A stretch of DNA of 64,000 nucleotides, from NCBI GenBank assembly GCA_964016885.1, contig OZ024743.1, positions 117,676,001-117,740,000 on the forward strand, read 5' to 3'. Made by a program: the position numbers and the translations under genes. Below the pieces are notes generated by a model. That model had not been told where the DNA came from. It searched no databases and saw nothing but the letters and a program-made list of their open reading frames with translations. The stretch comes from Eledone cirrhosa (Eukaryota). Below are positions 62,148 through 64,000 of this stretch, in pieces; the stretch's first letter is position 1, and every line of letters begins with the position of its first letter.

Positions 62148-62904
62148 CTATTCTCAGCTAAGTCTCCAGGCAATGCGCGGACACTGGGGACTCATATAAA
62201 AATAATAATAATTCGGTAGATGGAACAGCTAGCGGGGACTGGATTCCATGCACTGAAAAGCTCGCTGTCTCTGGTCAAATGGCAGATTCTAAAGAATCAA
62301 TCATGTGACACTGAGGCTAGTCGGTAGGAGTGGGATGGTAAGATGACAGAAGCCTACTACCACACCAATAAATTAGTAGTGGTTTTGGCAGGTTTGCTCA
62401 ACAAATAAATAATTTGGAGATAAATATAGAGAATTTAGTATATCTACTAACATATGCGTACAGATGTACGCTAATGCTAGCAAATACATAAGTTAAGTCA
62501 TAGTATCTAGGTGGTTCAATGCAGGAGGATGCAGAACAATAATATGAAAGACGTAAAATAAGAACATTTTAAAAAGAATTTAAAATATTAACTTACTTAC
62601 TAAAATAGATATACTAAATTCTCTATATTTATCTCCTAATTATTTATTTGTTGAGCAAACCTGCCAAAACCACTACTAATTTATTGGTGTGGTAGTAGGC
62701 TTCTGTCATCTTACCATCCCACTCCTACCGACTAGCCTCAGTGTCACGTGATTGATTCTTTAGAATCTGCCATTTGACCAGCGACAGCGAGCTTTTCAGT
62801 GCATGGAATCCAGTCCCCGCGAGCTGTTCCATCTACCGAATTATTATTATTTGTATATGAGTCCCCAGTGTCCACGCATTGCCTGGAGACTTAGCTGAGA
62901 ATAG

Positions 62905-62986
62905 ACTCCCTGATGACGCAATGAATTCTCGACGGTTACATTACGTAAATGTCTTTATCCCATTGCAGAAACTAATTAGTTACAGT
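62905..62986 (+). ncRNA. Hammerhead motif in inverted unit, helix I damaged
   Basis: Core intact, GGAGT changed to ACAGT. Confidence 0.6.
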
Positions 62987-63164
62987 GAAAATTTTAGTAA
63001 GTAAGTTAATTTTTTAAATTCTTTTTAAAATTTTCTTATTTTACGTCTTTCATATTATTGTTCTGCATCCTCCTGCATTGAACAACCTAGGTACTATGAA
63101 TTAACTTATGTATTTGCTAGCATTAGCGTACATCTGTACGCATATGTTATTAGATATACTAAAT

Positions 63165-63290
<126 letters not shown>

Positions 63291-63372
63291 AATATATATA
63301 TGTATGTATCTATCTATACGTACATACATATAAGTATACATATATGTACTTGTCTATACCATACTAATTCAA

Positions 63373-63427
63373 ACTGCCTGAAGAGGTCACAGCCAAAGAT
63401 GGCTGTCACTGAAATATATATAGCAGT
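63373..63427 (+). ncRNA. Minimal type I hammerhead ribozyme (Penelope-pLTR type)
   Basis: ACTGC-CTGAAGA-GGTCACAGCCA aaga TGGCTGTCACT-GAAATATATATA-GCAGT, then AATAAA and (TA)n. Confidence 0.8.
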
Positions 63428-63472
63428 AATAAACGACGCTAAATTTTAAACATTCGACTTTTTATTTAACTT

Positions 63473-63539
<67 letters not shown>

Positions 63540-63968
63540 AAATTTAAGTGAAAAAATATCTATTTATGAGAGTATAAGCCAGAGAGACAAAAAAGTTTAG
63601 TTAGTCTCACATATATAAAGATCTCCCTACCATGGTTTCATTTGCGGAAGAAGCAGTTTATTGGAAATACCAATATTTGAAGAATCCGCAATACTCTTCA
63701 AGGGAGTTCTTCTTGAAAACATAAAGGCAATATTGATCATTAAACGATGCATAGGGTTTAAATTGTCGAGGCAGCATGCTGTGCAAAGACACGTTGTGTT
63801 GTTTAACTATCAAACGCTCAAATATAATAGGCTATGCGACAGGCTTATAATGCCACTAGAAATAGCAGCCAAAAACCGTGTAATACATCTCGACAAATTA
63901 AGGAATAGTTTGATATTAATTGAAGGTTAATCGTGATGTTTAAATATTAGAGATCAATTAAACTTTAA

Positions 63969-64000
<32 letters not shown>

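Overview
AT-rich eukaryotic (animal) genomic DNA. The SINE family, Helitron ends and microsatellite load suggest an octopod cephalopod; this is inference from remembered repeat families, not a database hit. No host protein-coding gene is recognisable. (1) 1-~38.9 kb: tandem array of a ~1259-bp unit carrying tRNA-Asn(GTT), a defective tRNA-Lys(CTT) and tRNA-Phe(GAA), 27 copies of each. About 22 homogeneous units contain two trimeric higher-order duplications (3979 bp, SINE-marked; 3778 bp). They grade into a degenerate right edge invaded by Helitrons and CRE/RTE LINE fragments. (2) ~39-55.6 kb: a chain of non-LTR retrotransposons joined by (TAA/TTA)n tracts: Tx1/L1-like fragments, two head-to-tail R4/Dong-like elements (one with an uninterrupted 1130-aa RT-RLE ORF) and SINEs. 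(3) 55.8-60.9 kb: microsatellites and decayed SINEs. (4) 60.9-63.5 kb: a 545-bp unit repeated three times in tandem plus one inverted copy. Each unit contains a type I hammerhead ribozyme motif with a long helix II and palindromic helix III, and an unrelated minimal hammerhead follows. This retrozyme/Penelope-pLTR-like locus is the most interesting signal. Coordinates were counted by eye and may be off by a few bases.
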